The notes beneath the pieces were generated by a model. It searched no databases. It had not been told where the DNA came from and was given only the letters and a program-made list of their open reading frames with translations. DNA of 63,359 nt, counting the filler, from Choristocarpus tenellus KU-1152 (taxonomy: Eukaryota > Protista > Phaeophyceae): the NCBI GenBank assembly GCA_964200185.2. It is 9 parts of 9 records of this genome, joined end to end, with 100 filler letters (N's around TTAATTAATTAA, not from the genome) between each part and the next. Parts side by side here need not be neighbours in the genome. Positions count along the whole stretch, not along the records: positions 44,153 to 53,813 come from CAXNAD020003496.1; positions 53,914 to 57,250 come from CAXNAD020020721.1; positions 57,351 to 60,706 come from CAXNAD020020572.1; positions 60,807 to 63,359 come from CAXNAD020026829.1; 5 more parts are not named here. One strand, written 5' to 3'. Positions 50,876 to 63,359 of this stretch are shown here, piece by piece; position 1 is the stretch's first letter, and the number at the start of each line of letters is the position of its first letter. The translations under genes and the position numbers were made by a program.

Positions 50876-53813
50876 TGTAAGCCCCAACGTGGGGTGGAGT
50901 CCTTACATGCTATCATAGATCAGTTCCTGTGGTTGAACTATCTATAATTCAATTGAATTCTCGAGACCTGACCATAGGATCGAGTGCGGCACTGGAATTG
51001 GCTGGGGAAGGCCAACACGTGATCGAGCTTGCTGGAGCTTGGAGTGCATACAACCGGGCAGAGACCAGCATAGTTACTTGAGAGACGAAGGGTCCAATAT
51101 GTCAATGAACGACGGCGATGGGTCTGGCGCAGCCTGGGGGGGGACTGCAGAACCTTCGATATAGGACAAATTCAAAGGGATTTGCAGAGGGTGGCCCGGG
51201 TGGGAAGCGAAGGGTCAGCCACGGATAGGGTCATGGGTGTGATCCAGGATATAGAAAGCTATCTGGAAGATAACAATCTGGATGGTGCTTTCCGAAATAA
51301 TGCTGGACAAGTGGGGGAGGCTTGGAAGGCAGGGCCGGGAAAGGTACTTTCGGAGGCCTTTATTGCAGGGCTTAAACCCCCTGCGTTTAAGGCTGAAACT
51401 GCTAAGTATGTTGTTTGGGATCCTGAGCTAAAAAAGGACCCAGACCAGATTTTTGAGTTGGTAAAGGAGGAAGTCAAAAACTGGAGGATATATGAGAGGG
51501 CCCGGGAATTTGGATCGAAACGAACCAAGTAAGGTGAACCTGGTGATAAACACCAAGAGGGGAAGCCTAAGTTTGGGGAGACGAATGGCAAGCCAGGGGA
51601 AGGCACACCCGGTAGTGGTCTGAGTGTGAGGAAGAACAAGTTCCAATGGACTTGTGATGCATATGGGAAAGTTGGGCATAAACATGCTCAATGCCGAAGC
51701 TTGCTGGTTGGAGTCCGGAAGGAGCAGCAGCATCAGCAGCAAGGGTACCCACAGCATCGTGGTAAAGGTACAGACCCTGGGAGAGGATCTGAACCAGGGA
51801 CAAGACAACAACCTGGGGGTGCCAGACAGCAACCCTCAAGTGTAGGAGGAGGAACAAGCGCCTAGGTGCAGCCCAAGGTACAAGAAGCCAGCAGGGGTTA
51901 GCTCCACAGCTTGCTACCGACTTCGGGCAAGGCACTAGTGGTGGGAGTACGAGTGGCAGGGCAGTGAGGGTCAATGAGATGGTTCATGATGATGTAGATC
52001 ATGGGATGCCTCTGCTGCCACAAAGCCCAGATCCCAACATTAATCCTTATGCAGGTTATACTAGCCTGCGGAATATCCAGGGCACTCATGAGGGAGTGTC
52101 CCTAGCTACGGAAGGGGTGGATGTAGAAAGGTTTAGCTACAGCAGATGTAACCCCAGTGGGAGTCAACATGCATGGGAAATTGTCTTTCTGTGTGAAGGC
52201 CCTGATGAACCCAGGGTCAGGGATCACAGGCATATCTGAGAGCCTGGCGAAAAAAATGCAGCAGCATTTTGGTGGAGCAGCGCTAACGAAGCCCCTCCAT
52301 CAGCCCTTCCCCATAAAGATAGCAAATGGTTTATCTGAGTCCATAGGGAACGTGACTCGTCCCTTAAAAGTGGCACTCCACTCAGGCTATGGGCCCGTGG
52401 TGGTGAGAAATCTTGTCTTGGCAGTTATACCAGGCAGTGATGTGTTAATTATGGGCAGCAAGACATTGCAGGACGTCTTAGGCTTTGACATTAAGCATCC
52501 TTTGAGGAGGCGGTCCGAAGGAAGACAGAATTGCACGTTGCAGGTCTTGAATAAGATGTTACTTCTATGCAGCTAATGAGTGTTAGCATGGAGGTGATGC
52601 AGGAGAGCATGGGGACGACTCATCTGGACAGAGGCGATGACTCGTCTCTACATTACTGGAGCAAAGCCCTGAGCTCATGATGGACCCTGCAGAGGAGGAA
52701 AAAAAACGAGGCTTGGCCTTAGAAACCTCCTTACAAGAGGCACAACGATCCGAGATGCCCTGGGGACGCCTAAAACAAGTGATAGCAACCCGGACCAATG
52801 TGTTCCGAATATTCTTGGGGCATGATCCGCCTGCCAAGGTGGAGCCTATACAGGTGGTGCTGAAGGAAGGGGCGACTCCTGTGAAGGCTAGACCCAGGGT
52901 GTCCCATCCGAAGCAACACAGCTGGATGGCAGAGTTTGTGGGCCTACTGGTCGTACTGAGGATGCTGAGGTGAACCCCACAGGATGTATGGAGCAATCCA
53001 TCATTGCCTTTGCCCAAGCCTGAGGGGCGGGGCTATTGGCTGGTGACTGATTTCAGCACGGTGAACCTTGTCTCACAGACAGTGGAGCTCTCACACCCCA
53101 GGGAGGAGTGTGCAGTGCTGATGTCTCCAGACGCCTCTGACAAGCACTGAGGGTGTTTTGTTACACAGATCCCTCAGTTGGAGCTGAATGCAGGCGTTGC
53201 AGTGGAAAATATGCGCCATGAGCCGCTGGGATCCCTGAGTAGTTCTTTCAAGGGATCAAAGCTACACTGGGCCACGGTGAATAAGGTGGTGGTGTGAGTT
53301 GCAGTCGTATCTACAGAGGTGCAGGGAGAGGACACCCTGCCATCAAGAGCGGTGGTGCATGAGGCACAACTGGTGGCCAGCAAGGCCCTAGGGGGTGTGA
53401 TGGTGCATGAAAGCGGAGGATTTATGACCTCTGCTGGCCGTGTACATCATGACCAGGATGGCATGATGCAGGTGGGGGCTAAGGTTACTGCCCCACCATG
53501 GATACCTGATAGGCAAAGGATCTGTAGATACGCCTGATGGTGTGTGCACACATGGGCGAAGCTGGGCATCGTTGCAGAGCAATGGTGTAGCGGCTAAAGA
53601 GGTTGTGGTTCTATGCAGACAAGGAACTGAACAGGACCACAGAGATAAAACCAACATTCTAGTACATGCCGAACCAGGGGGAATTTGAAATGTCTGATAT
53701 TCTGGCAGTGCGCAGGGTAGAAGGATATGAATACCAGGTTTTGGTGGATTGGTTGGGGTTAAGTGAGGACGAGAGGACATGGGAGCCACTCTCTTCCATT
53801 TTAGAGGATGTCC
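50876..53813 (+). mobile_element. Degenerate Ty3/Gypsy LTR retrotransposon with chromodomain
   Basis: TGTAAG...CTTACA remnant followed by a tRNA-iMet-like PBS (tgctatcatag). Gag with mutated knuckle CDAYGKVGHKHAQC, protease ALMNPGSG (D to N), RT entry DPPAKVEPIQVVLKEGATPV..WSNP, RNase H PDASD, and chromodomain YQVLVDWLGLSEDERTWEP. Truncated by the gap. Confidence 0.9.
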
Positions 53814-54904
53814 NNNNNNNNNNNNNNNNNNNNNNNNNNNNNNNNNNNNNNNNNNNNTTAATTAATTAANNNNNNNNNNNNNNNNNNNNNNNNNNNNNNN
53901 NNNNNNNNNNNNNGTGGATTGGCGTGGGGAGAAGGAAGGGGTGGGTGGGGGGGGGGGAGGAGGGGGGGTGGGGGTAGGGAGGGGACTGAAGCGCTAGCTT
54001 ATACCCTTTCTTAAAGAAATCGACAATGATCAGGGTGTATATAGTTGCATTTTGATTTTCACATGCTCTAATATATATATATATATATTTACTATCAACA
54101 TTTTAATAGTGAAATATATTGACTGGTATTAAATATATATATATATAAAACCAATGCCGGCAACCAGGGGATTACACTTTTTTTTTCTTTTTTGTGTACG
54201 TACGGTTTTAACGTTCCAGATTAGTTAACAATCTCCACCAAAAAAAATAGATTTTGGACCTCAGCAAGGAAGCGTTTTTCGGTAACCGCTGGCATTTATT
54301 TATATACTCTACACAGACTTTAAATATTATACAAAATACTGATCATGTATTCGTCTGATCAACTACATGTCATCGATCCAGAAATAAATCTCAAGGGGGT
54401 TGGGTTAGGGTTAGGGTTTCAAAAACGACAACGTGCCCTAAAACTGGGTAAGAGCAGATGCGAGAATGAAACTGTCAAAGACAAAAAATAAAATAAAAAA
54501 TGGTCGGCGAAAAACAGCAACGCACTGGTACAAAAAAAAAAAAAATAGTTGACAGGATGAGATGAACCATCTTCCCAAACCTACAGTCAACTGTTCACAT
54601 TCTACAAAGCATAGTCGTACGATCATCCCACCAATACGTAAAAATAAAAGGCTGCTTGGAGTGTACACCAAAATCAGAACCTTGTTGTAGGAACTGTAAA
54701 CAAATAAATAAATAAATAAATAAAATAATATTTCAAAAGTACATAGCCGTCTGGAAACTATCGAGAATCGGCCGAGAGACTTACTAAAAAAAAAAAACTT
54801 AACTCTAACCCTAACACTCTGTTCAGAATTTGCACCAAACAAAAAAATGCAGCGCCCGGAACTGCTTGGGTTCTGCACGCTCAGTACTGAGTAGTGCACT
54901 CGGT

Positions 54905-55290
54905 CCCAATCAGTCTATGTAGACTCACCCAAGTCCTAGCCCCAGCCCTAACCCTATGAGCGTATTGGGTAGCCAATCAAAATCATTTGAGACCACCCAA
55001 GGCCAAAATTGGCCAATGAACGAATCGCTTGTCGAACTGTCCGTCCAATCAGAAGCGTGTACCACACTCAGAACTGCTGCACTTCACATGTACTGGTGTC
55101 TACATTGAGAATATGGAAACCATGCCGGGCCATGAAAATACCTCGACCAATCGAAAGGATTTGGCCATGATGGTGGGGGGTAAAGAATGGGGTATAGAAT
55201 GGGGTATGCGGCTTGGCCAGAGAGATAAGGCGCGTTCATAAGCAGAGGAGTGTAGCGAGCACTGCCTGTAAACCGCCTATATATATAGTT
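54905..55290 (+). promoter_or_regulatory. CCAAT-box cluster followed by a TATA-like element
   Basis: Five CCAAT on + (about 54907, 54973, 55012, 55046, 55147), plus ATTGG at about 54965 and 55008, then CCTATATATATAG at about 55276. Confidence 0.35.
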
Positions 55291-55390
55291 GGATGGTTCT
55301 GATTTATTTCATTTTTTTAAACACTGGATCGCGCTTGTCGCGTTGCCAAACACGGCAACAACCCAAAAACGTAATACTCTCGAAAAGAAG

Positions 55391-55458
<68 letters not shown>
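55391..55458 (+). repeat. 68-nt pure poly(A) tract, possible retroposon tail
   Basis: Uninterrupted A run preceded by GAAAAGAAG. Confidence 0.8.
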
Positions 55459-55461
<3 letters not shown>

Positions 55462-56075
55462 TTCTCCTCAACCACAGTCGATCGAAACCTTATTGAGTAT
55501 GCTTTCCTACATAATACCCTTTGAGGCGTTACCTTGTACCTGCACCTGCAGAGGTACAGCACTGAAATGCTTTGGTACTCCTTCCTACCTCGGTACTTCA
55601 TTTCACGACATACATTGTACCTGTCTGTACCTGGGCAGACACAGCGCTAGTACTGCAACACTTGAGTACTTCTTCAGTACCCGCTTCCCTGATATATATC
55701 GCACATGTACCTCCCCTAAGGCACAGCAGTACTAAAATGATTAGTTCATTCATTCCGTTCTATTGAACCATATTCTTACTACCTAGTGCCCCCCACACTG
55801 CAGTACCATTGTCACTCTAAGTTCCTGCCTATCTCTTTGGCAGACAGCAAGTGGTGAACTTCAAAGGAGGTACCTAGTATCTCTTCACTGGTTTCTAGAA
55901 CCCAGTGCTCTTGTCAGCAGTATCAAAACATCTCCAAATCGAGGATCAGCTCACAAGCTCACACGCCGAAACGTTCCAACCCATCTGTTTCCCCAACTGA
56001 TTACCAGTTTCCAAACATACGTTCAACTCTTGTACAACACAGCAACCACACAACACACACACAACACACACACGC

Positions 56076-56109
<34 letters not shown>

Positions 56110-56494
56110 TACCTCATAGCCCGCAATAAACCTCAAAGGCAAAAAATATCAATTTTTTTTCTTACAATGATTTATCTCGATTTTTTTTTTTGAGCATTCG
56201 ATATTTTTCCCCAAGTACCGCCACACTTCTATTCTTCACATCATACTCGGGTCAATTTCCGTCGATCACCTCCCCTTTAAATTATTATTTATTTATTTTT
56301 AAATCAGCTTTTCGGTTTACAAACGTAAGTCTGTCCAAATTTCGAAGATAAGAGTAGTCAGGGATCCTCATAACCCTGCGCAACATTCAGATTTTTTACC
56401 ACATGAACAAGCTATGTGTTTCAATGTCACTCCACTTGACTTGTTTCGTTTGTGCTTATGTGCTTGTTGTGCTTGGATTATCCTCTGCATATGA

Positions 56495-56770
56495 GATTCA
56501 AAGTATCTTAGGGTTAGGGTTAGGATAGAGCCGCGTCCGTTTGGGGGTCAAAATCCAATGTTGCAATTTTGATGTAATTTTGGCCATCGTGGTTGTTAGG
56601 AAGTGTCAGTATCCTTGTTCCGGACACACCTTTTCATAACGTACACTCTTTACCTACTCCCAAATATTTTGGAGTAGGAAACTGTCATACATAACACATG
56701 GGAAGCCAAGCCCCCCTAACGGACAAAACAGGGCAAAAACTCGTACCCTAACCCTAAGATACTCTCACTC
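56495..56770. mobile_element. MITE family A with telomeric-repeat insertions in both TIRs
   Basis: Interior matches family A. The TIRs read AAGTATCTTAGGGTTAGGGTTAGGATAGAG and GTACCCTAACCCTAAGATACT. Confidence 0.9.
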
Positions 56771-57905
56771 ACGAGCGATCGTACCTGAGGGGGTCAATCA
56801 CCAAAACAAAACAGTCCAGTCAGTAGAAAAAGAGGGACAACACCTACAAAACTTTGCAGCCTTTCTTAGGATACATTGAATAATAAATAACAGATGCAAA
56901 AGCAACTCCATCATCTGATTGCATTTCAGAACTATAATTGTTTGTTTCAAGAAATAACCCCCCCCCCCTTATCTCAATAGACAGGGTACCAACTAACGCC
57001 ATTCATACAATAAAAAAACTAATCCCACACACATACACAAAAAAAGGGACAACACCAAAAAAGGGCCTCCTCAACGGATACGGTCACAAGACTTTCCTGA
57101 GAATCTAAGATTCATATTCCTGATTACTAAACACACTGAGGGGATCGGGGTTAAGGTTAGGATCGCCCTCAAAGTATCCAAAAGGGCAGCACAAACTAGC
57201 CTACCTGAATCATTGAAAAAGTCATTTTCTGGACCTTTTGCCTGATCCCCNNNNNNNNNNNNNNNNNNNNNNNNNNNNNNNNNNNNNNNNNNNNTTAATT
57301 AATTAANNNNNNNNNNNNNNNNNNNNNNNNNNNNNNNNNNNNNNNNNNNNGGGGGTGAGGTGGAAGGGGGGGGGGTCAGGAGGGTACTTTTATTTTCAAA
57401 CAGGTCATTACTTGCCATATAGTGGTCAGAACAACTCCTACTCTCAATCCTGCAATGGATAACCTATGATGTAGTAACACCAACCCAAACAAGAAAACCC
57501 CTGGTTTCACCTTGGTAGAGTTATCATACCATACACCTACTTACTTTATACTTACTTTATACTTACTCTATACTTACTTTATCACCTATCAACTTTTCCC
57601 GGTCGGACCAAAAGACACTTAAAAACAAAAAAAAAAATACATAAAAAAACCTCGACATAAAAACAAAACAAAAAAACACACAAACACACACACACACCGC
57701 CAAACCAACCAGTAGGAAAAAAATGGTGAACAGAAAAAAAGAAAAAAAAGAAACAGAAAAGGATACAAATAACGATCACAGTGCCTATGATAAACAAACA
57801 AAAGAGAGTATAGATCAAAAAAGAAAAACTTCCACACTATTTTATTTTAACTAGAAACCACCAGCAGTATCAATATGCTACGCGTAACTTATTTGTCCTT
57901 CTCAC

Positions 57906-58590
57906 CTTGCCAATGAAGTACGCTCCCTTGGTAAACCTCTCCCCCTCCTTCTTGCTTGCTGTATCATCTCCAATCTCCAGGAACCTATTCCGAACCTTTT
58001 TTTTTTTTTTTAAAGAAGAAAAAAAAGGTCATCTCATCTTCTTCCCTCAAAGAAAAGGCGTCTCTTTTTGGGATTAGAGAGGATTGGAGACGGTTTAATA
58101 ATAGTAAAAGGATACAAAATGGGCGTGAAGATCTGTATATTACGTAGTACCTAGTAACTATTAACACTGCCAGGAAGATTAATGCTCGTGGTAAGACTGC
58201 AACTGACGTTGACAAACCCTAGCAAAAAAAAATTGGCTTAGTCTTCAAAACTGCAAAGCTAGGAGCCACTTGACATGCCCACCCAAATGGTGGAGAGGGG
58301 AGAGGAAGCGGTCTTTGCGATGTGTGCCATACCGCATGCATGTCTTTACTTTCTCCAGGTGCAACCATGAGCTGTCAACGTGTCCATCGTCTTTCCCAAA
58401 ACAACAGAATTGACAATAGTTGCTTCAGGAGTACCATCTACAACTGCATTCACCTTGTCTTGTCTCCTCTGTCCATAACACCCCCCACACACTTTATCAC
58501 AGTCACCTTCCTCTACAGTCACACCCAAACAAGCCAAGGTCATCTGAATCCACAGGCCACAAATACACACACACACACACACACACACAC

Positions 58591-58627
<37 letters not shown>

Positions 58628-59000
58628 CACACACACAACACACACACAGATACAAATAGGTCACATGAGTACGAGTAACTTACAAAATCCGAGTACATTA
58701 AACAACACCATCCCTGTTCTTCCTGCCCATCCCCCCCCCTCCCCCCACCCCCCTAATGCGCCCTCAACGCCCATCTCTCATAACCCATGTTACAGCACAC
58801 CAATAGCCCACACACACACCCCGTGCACATTGCAGACCATCTCCTTCTCCCCAGCATAGCGCTGGAGGGTGTTTGACAGCTTGATGATCCGGTGGCAGTG
58901 AGCCCGCACCGTGAGGGCATTGATAGTGTGGAGGCAAGCACGTTGTGTCACATTCAGGGCGTACGACCTGTAGTTTGTGTGAACAATCCCTATCACATAA
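57906..59000 (-). CDS. DGD: Digalactosyldiacylglycerol synthase (GT4), internal fragment (2 exons)
   Basis: Exons 59000-58820 and 57995-57906 splice to YVIGIVHTNYRSYA..VRAHCHRIIKLS..VCNVHGVRNRFLEIGD..FTKGAYFIGK, matching the DGD motifs GIVHTNY, CNVHGV and KGAYFLGK. Confidence 0.9.
58564..58648. repeat. Interrupted (CA)n microsatellite in the DGD intron
   Basis: Direct reading of the sequence. Confidence 0.9.
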
Positions 59001-59125
59001 CTAACGGCAGAGGTAGAGAGTTAGGGCGTTAGGTGCATGGTGTCAGTGACAAAGGATGCGCTGGTGGTGATGGGCATGCAAGACGAGCGCAGGGGTGTCT
59101 ACACCTGAAGGCATGTCTGTCACGC

Positions 59126-59166
<41 letters not shown>

Positions 59167-60950
59167 GGTCGGTGAATGAGTTTGAAATGAAAACACTGAT
59201 CAAGTCCATAACAAGAACAGTTTCAACGATATGGGAGTGTACCTTTACGAGGAAATCAAACAAAACCAAGACAGTCAGTCACTTCTCTTGCCTCCTGTAC
59301 TTCCAAATAACTTTTTTTTATTGTAATACCCGAAAACTTTTTTTTTGTTGTCAACAGTCAAAAACTAGCTTCCAATTTTTATCCACCACACACTATGAAT
59401 ATGCAAGAATCTATTGACAATACTTGTACCACACCCCGAACAGTTAGCAATAAATGTCCTATAGCCTTACTGTTCTACCGTCTCACCGCCTTCCTTTTTT
59501 TGGTCAGTAGAATATGGGGTTTTCCTACATCTTGCAAGATGTATATTTCACTACTACAGTGTCCTATCTTATAAATAATGCTGGTTCTATATTAGGTAAA
59601 TTCCTAAGTTCAGAACTGTTTTGAACTGTTTGCAGGACAGAAAAAAAAAATGAACAGATGCTGAGCAGAGGAAATAATCGTTAGGTAGCCCTAAACTGAA
59701 ATAAGTTACTTCTTGATCAAGATGTGCATATAATTGAGGTGACATATTTGTTGGAAGAGATGATAAATACTAAACAAGTTCAGCACCATCACTTGTAAAA
59801 ACACTTTGAAGTAATAAATACATACACCCTACACCAATGTTATCACATAGGAACAAATGCATTACCACTCTATGTATTACTAGGTAGGCATACCCAAGAA
59901 CCTTGCCTACAAAGAGGATGCTGTAGGGTAGATGCATCCTCTATACCCCACCCCCTCCTATGCTACTCATAAACTTTCTGGTACTTGATTGGACAATTTT
60001 CCCCAACCTTACCCCTAAACCTAACCCAACTGATGAACAAGAAAAAAAATTAAGTAGAGTTCAACTGACTTCCCCTTCCCCCCCCCCCCCAACCCTCCTA
60101 ATGTTCCAGAATCTTTCACCTGGCAAGGCAATTAGTTGGGTGGGTCATGGTTTGGTTTGGGACCAGGGGCTCACCCACAGACCAAACCATGAAAATATTA
60201 AACTGCCCTTGAACAGCCCTGCCGTAATCACTGGGACTGGGTGGGTCATCCTGCAACCTGGGCCAATCACAATTTCTCCACCCAACAAAAAATACAATTT
60301 CCAAAGTCGCACCTACCTACTGTCAGAGAACTCCCTCACTCCACTGGTCTCAACCAATTAATACTACATGCATCCTCTCGATATTATTTTATTATATGCC
60401 TCCACATCAAAATCATTCACTTGATCTCTACCGAGCAATTGAGACTAAATTATTTTTCTCCTCCTAAAATCTACCACAGCACAATAAATACAACATCCAC
60501 CATAAACTATAACCATGGACGGCACTGGAAGAATAATAAAAAAATAGTTGGGAGGGTCCATCAACTATATATACCCCTCTCGAACCAGGTTTCAAAAAAA
60601 AAAATGGAAAAATAAAAAAATACATTTCCTACGCGACCATTTAATACACCCTTACCAAACACACCACTTAGAACAAAAAAAAAGAAAGAGAGAGAGAGAG
60701 AGGGGGNNNNNNNNNNNNNNNNNNNNNNNNNNNNNNNNNNNNNNNNNNNNTTAATTAATTAANNNNNNNNNNNNNNNNNNNNNNNNNNNNNNNNNNNNNN
60801 NNNNNNGGTGAAAAACGGACGCCGACACCCCCCCCAAGATACTTTGACCTATACCTTACACGATTATAGCAGTACTAATTCAGACGGGTCAAAGTCAGGG
60901 TATCAAATATACTTGGTGTAGAAGAACTTGTACCTGCAGTGCCCTCCTGT

Positions 60951-61118
60951 TGTTACAGGCGAATAGCACGAGCGTTTATTCTTGTATTTCAACGAAGTGC
61001 GAGCGTTTGTTACACGCGAATAGTGCGAACATTTTCTTCTTATGTTTCAGGAAATACGAACATTTGTAACAGACGTATAGTGTGAGGATTGTTTCTTGAG
61101 TTCTGACAAGTACGAACA
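60951..61118. repeat. Three diverged 57-bp tandem units
   Basis: Units start at 60951, 61008 and 61065 (TGTTACA..GAATAG..TTCTT..CGA). Confidence 0.75.
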
Positions 61119-61809
61119 ATATACGATATTATCAATACATAGGTAGGTAGCCTTACAAGATAAATGATGATTTTGATAGGAGACTCAGAGTAAGATTTGA
61201 AATTCGAACATAATCTTACAGAATAGGTGTCAATTTCTGGAAGTTGCAGAGTAAAGATATATGATTAAAGTATCCACTTAGCAGTTTGCAGACTTCATTT
61301 AACTCTTTGGCTGTGGAAAACTGGTGAATGATGCTAATAGAAGGCTGATGTAGAATACCACGCTCTCAGAGCTTTTTGATTGAACCTCTTTTGATAAAGC
61401 GAAAGCGAGATATCGACTGAGCTAAACATCAAGCTGACACCGTACGTGGTTATCATCTGTGGACCCCCCTCGTAGCGTCGTTTTAAGGTTGTTGAATTTG
61501 AGTTGTACATCCTGGGAAGGTGAGCATTGAGGGGCGCCTGTAACAGCAGTGCCTCTTGCCAGTGGAAAAAATAAACGAGAAGGCAGCTGGGAAACCGTAT
61601 AATATACGTAAGCTTTTTTATACCTGCTGTTTATACAATTGAAAAAATATTCAAAACAAGGCAGTAGGCTTCCCACGAAAAGAAAACACAATCAGTCACG
61701 AGGCCTTGGCTGAGGAGGAGTGGCTGCAGCTATTGAAGAACAGAAGGGAATGTGGTTGAGGTCTCTTGTTGCGAGATCTCAGAGATGAGTTGGTGGAGAT
61801 ATCATAAAT

Positions 61810-61990
61810 TGCTCAAAGTATCTGGGGGTGGGGGGTGGTGACTGTCCACTTGGGGTCAATTTTTCCATGTCGCTATTTTGGGGTGATTTGGTTGCATATG
61901 TCCGATGGATGATGTAAATGCACTTTTCCTGATTTTGACCCAAATGGACACCCTGGCGTAGACCCCCCCCCCCCCCAGATATTTTGGGTC
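61810..61990. mobile_element. MITE family B, reverse orientation
   Basis: GCTCAAAGTATCTGGGGG ... CCCCAGATATTTTGGGTC, with TSD aat/aat. Confidence 0.9.
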
Positions 61991-63359
61991 AATATTTGTG
62001 CTGCAAGCAGCACTGCAAATGAGGCTAGTGAGGAGGGAGGTCAATTGCCAATAGACGAAACTATGACACAGGGTGGTGTTGGTGGAGGGGGCGGAGGGGT
62101 GAGTCATCCTTCACCATACACCACTGTGTCTTGACTTGGAGGTCAAGGCTAGAGAGAGAGGCCAAGAACGTGCTACCACGTTACTGCCAAGGGCGAAAAT
62201 GGAGTTTTGGAGGGCATTTGCTTCTAGATTCCCAGTGCAGACAAAGGTTAGATACTTCCTTAGATTGATAAATCTTATGCTCTACTCTTACTGATTTCTG
62301 GAACAATTAAGGGTCCAAACCTGCCTACCTCCCAATTGGTTTGGCCCAAACCTATGAATCTGTCTGATGTCTGTAAAGACTTTGGGTCAGAACACCTTGG
62401 TGATCCATCTGCCGGATGTGTTCTCTCACATGCAAGTGATGACAGCAAGGAAGACCAGCTGAAGGGTGGGAATGCGTCACCAAGGCTCGGGAGTGATAAC
62501 AATTTGAAGAGCAGGAGGACGTAGATAAGACTTCTGTGCACAACCTCAGGGATGAGCTTGTGGACTGTATACTGTGTTCCTTAGGCATCAGAGTCACCCT
62601 ATCGCGAAGGGGGGTCTCTATTTTTTCCCTTTTGATAACTTGGGGGCTTGTCAACCTTTAAACTGGCACCCCGCTCCCATGCTTGGAATGCAGCTTAGCC
62701 TCCCGTACTTGGGAGGCTATGGTTGCAGAAGAGAAGACGAACGTTGGTCCACATTGGTGTAAGACCATCGACCAGAGCACTAGCAAGGAGACGCCTACTT
62801 TAGACGCTATAGTGAGGTTGTAGAAGCTCGAAGAAGGTAGGAGGTGAGAGGTTTCCTAGTGAAGAAGAAGGGAGAAGGCGAGGAACACATATATAAAGTA
62901 TAGACGGCTATTGCTTGAAGCAGTATTTTTTTTGTAAAGTAGCATGGAAGTGTAGCAAAACCAAGCCTGTAAAGTCTACCTGACCAGGACAAGAGTGTGT
63001 GCTTGGTTTGATTAAGACACCATTATCCGAGTACATGATGAAAGAAGATATGATTGATAGGGTATGTTTTACTGGAGGGACTCTCGCTAATAAGGAATAT
63101 TCCCAACTCCCGCTGACTAAAATTTTGATAGTTGGCGGAGCGTTATGATGTTGGATGTTTACCACAATGATATATTTAAAGTAGTTCGATACATACTGTA
63201 TGATTTCTCGTTGACTTGTGGACAGAATGATTGGTCTCCAACTCATATTCTTCTGTGGTTTGTGCTTCTTTCGCAATGCTTTGTAAAGACCCAACGAATC
63301 AGGGGGGGGGGGGGGGGAGTTGCTCACACAGGCTGTCCCTTTTGACCCCAACCAAGAAA

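Noticed and set aside
55289-55735. Poly-Lys and poly-Phe ORFs
   Set aside because: They are translations of the poly(A) tract.
9497-60806. Recurring TTAATTAATTAA palindrome, and any gene-cluster interpretation (for example DNA-PKcs plus DUF1336 as one gene, or HAL-like plus LRR as one gene)
   Set aside because: It is an artificial linker inside N runs. The flanking contigs need not be adjacent, and the proteins belong to unrelated families.
62275-63351. ORFs up to 147 aa near the window end
   Set aside because: No recognisable homology; left unannotated.

Overview
Eukaryotic, intron-rich nuclear DNA, most consistent with a brown alga or close stramenopile relative. This is inferred from the gene families, intron style and abundant interstitial TTAGGG. 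The window is a pseudo-scaffold: nine contigs are joined by artificial 100-bp linkers (44 N + TTAATTAATTAA + 44 N), so adjacency across linkers carries no meaning. Splicing by hand gives parts of an RNI-like LRR gene, an 8-exon gene for a degenerate HAL/PAL-fold domain of the type fused to cytosolic HisRS, DNA-PKcs (N-terminal HEAT exons), a DUF1336/EDR2-like gene and a DGDG synthase. It also gives a probably complete type-II membrane sulfotransferase and an intronless F-box-like/ankyrin (NGCPW-repeat) gene with a decayed tail. Mobile DNA includes degenerate Copia and chromodomain Gypsy elements and three related MITE families sharing the TIR core CAAAGTATC, with 3-bp TSDs seen for two of them. 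A DDE transposase fragment carrying a similar TIR is a candidate master element. The most unusual signals are TTAGGG repeats inserted symmetrically into both TIRs of one MITE copy, an inverted-repeat-flanked segment present in opposite orientations in two duplicated units upstream of the ankyrin gene, and the MIO-less HAL-like domain. All homology calls come from recalled family motifs; no searches were run.
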